A DNA stretch of 64,000 bases from Phyllobates terribilis (taxonomy: Eukaryota): positions 197,346,001 to 197,410,000 of the forward strand of contig NW_027362770.1 of NCBI RefSeq assembly GCF_046119375.1. The letters are read 5' to 3'. The stretch's first letter is position 1. Each line of letters begins with the position of its first letter. The notes under the pieces were generated by a model. The model searched no databases and was not told the origin of the DNA. It was given only the letters and a program-made list of their open reading frames with translations. Below are positions 62,961 through 64,000 of the stretch, piece by piece. Position numbers and translations under genes: made by a program.

Positions 62961-64000
62961 CCAGCCACAGTGCCATCCTAACAGTGACAGTGCGTCATAA
63001 CCGTGCCCACTACAGTCCCCCATAATAGAGCCAGCCACAGTGCCATCCTAACAGTGACAGTGCGTCATAACCGTGCCCACTACAGTCCCCCATAATAGAG
63101 CCAGCCACAGTGCCATCCTAACAGTGACAGTGCATCATAACCGTGCCCACAACAGCCCCCCATAATAGAGCCAGCCACAGTGCCATCCTAACAGTGACAG
63201 TGCATCATAACTATGCCAACTACAGCCCCCCATAATAGAGCCAGCCACAGTGCCATCCTAACAGTGACAGTGCGTCATAACAGTGCCCACTACAGTCCCC
63301 CATAATAGAGCCACCCACAGTGCCATCCTAACAGTGACAGTGCATCATAACCGTGCCCACTACAGTCCCCCATAATAGAGCCAGCCACAGTGCCATCCTA
63401 ACAGTGACAGTGCGTCATAATAGTGCCCACAACAGCCCCCCATAATAGAGCCAGCCACAGTGCCATCCTAACAGTGACAGTGTGTCATAACCGTGCCCAT
63501 TACAGCCCCCCGTAATAGAGCCAGCCATACCGCTCCATAACTGCTACAGTGCCATCCACTGCCCCCCATAATAGAGCCAGCCATAGTGCCATCCTAACAG
63601 TGACCGTGCGTCATAACAGTGCCCACTATAGCCCCCATAATAGAACCAGCCACAGTGCCATCCTAACAGTCATAGTGCGTCATAACAGTGCCCATTACAG
63701 CCCCCTATAATAGAGCCAGCCATACTGCCCCATAACTGCTACAGTGCAATCCACTGCCCCCATAATAGAGCCAGCCACTGTGCCACCCTACCAGTGACTG
63801 TATAATAACCGTGCCCACTACAGCCCCCCATAATAGAGCCAGCCATACCCCCTCATAACTGCTACAGTGCCATCCACTGCCCCCCATAATAGAGCCAGCC
63901 ATAGTACCATTCTAACAGTGACAGTGCGTCATAACCGTGCCCACTGCAGCCCCCTGTAATAGAGCCAGCCATACTCCCTCATAACTGCTACAGTACCATC
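62961..64000. repeat. 70-bp satellite, open at the right edge
   Basis: CCAGCCACAGTGCCATCCTAACAGTGACAGTGCGTCATAACCGTGCCCACTACAGTCCCCCATAATAGAG at 62961, 63031, 63101 and onward. Confidence 0.95.

Noticed and set aside
46264-64000. Telomeric or telomere-derived repeats
   Set aside because: No TTAGGG arrays are present; a subtelomeric position is only an inference from composition.

Overview
Vertebrate genomic DNA, most likely a frog (inferred from the repeat families), and not prokaryotic. A small GC-rich gene island holds a complete, compact KRAS gene (+ strand, both 4A and 4B terminal exons) and ETFRF1/LYRM5 (- strand, tail-to-tail as in human). A bidirectional promoter at ~42.0-42.2 kb carries an RFX X-box and a probable ATG-only first exon of DNAI7/CASC1, called from synteny only. 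The island is flanked by large satellite arrays: 41-bp (1-10.9 kb), a GA-rich ~40-bp array (42.2-46.3 kb), 75-bp (46.3-62.0 kb) and 70-bp (63.0-64.0 kb). The KRAS-ETFRF1 spacer is a 43-bp satellite split by five nested insertions, each with a recoverable target-site duplication: a solo LTR that contains a Penelope-like fold-back and a second solo LTR, and a decayed Gmr1-type gypsy element that contains a nearly intact chromovirus. The chromovirus shows a tRNA-independent self-priming signature, a GGGAAAC -1 frameshift site and an intact chromodomain. Most long ORFs in the supplied track are repeat artefacts. I found no evidence of a wholly new multi-gene system; the best leads are the self-priming LTR signals, the satellite acting as an insertion sink, and unusual KRAS properties (K-Ras4B ending CLIL, GC3-rich codons).
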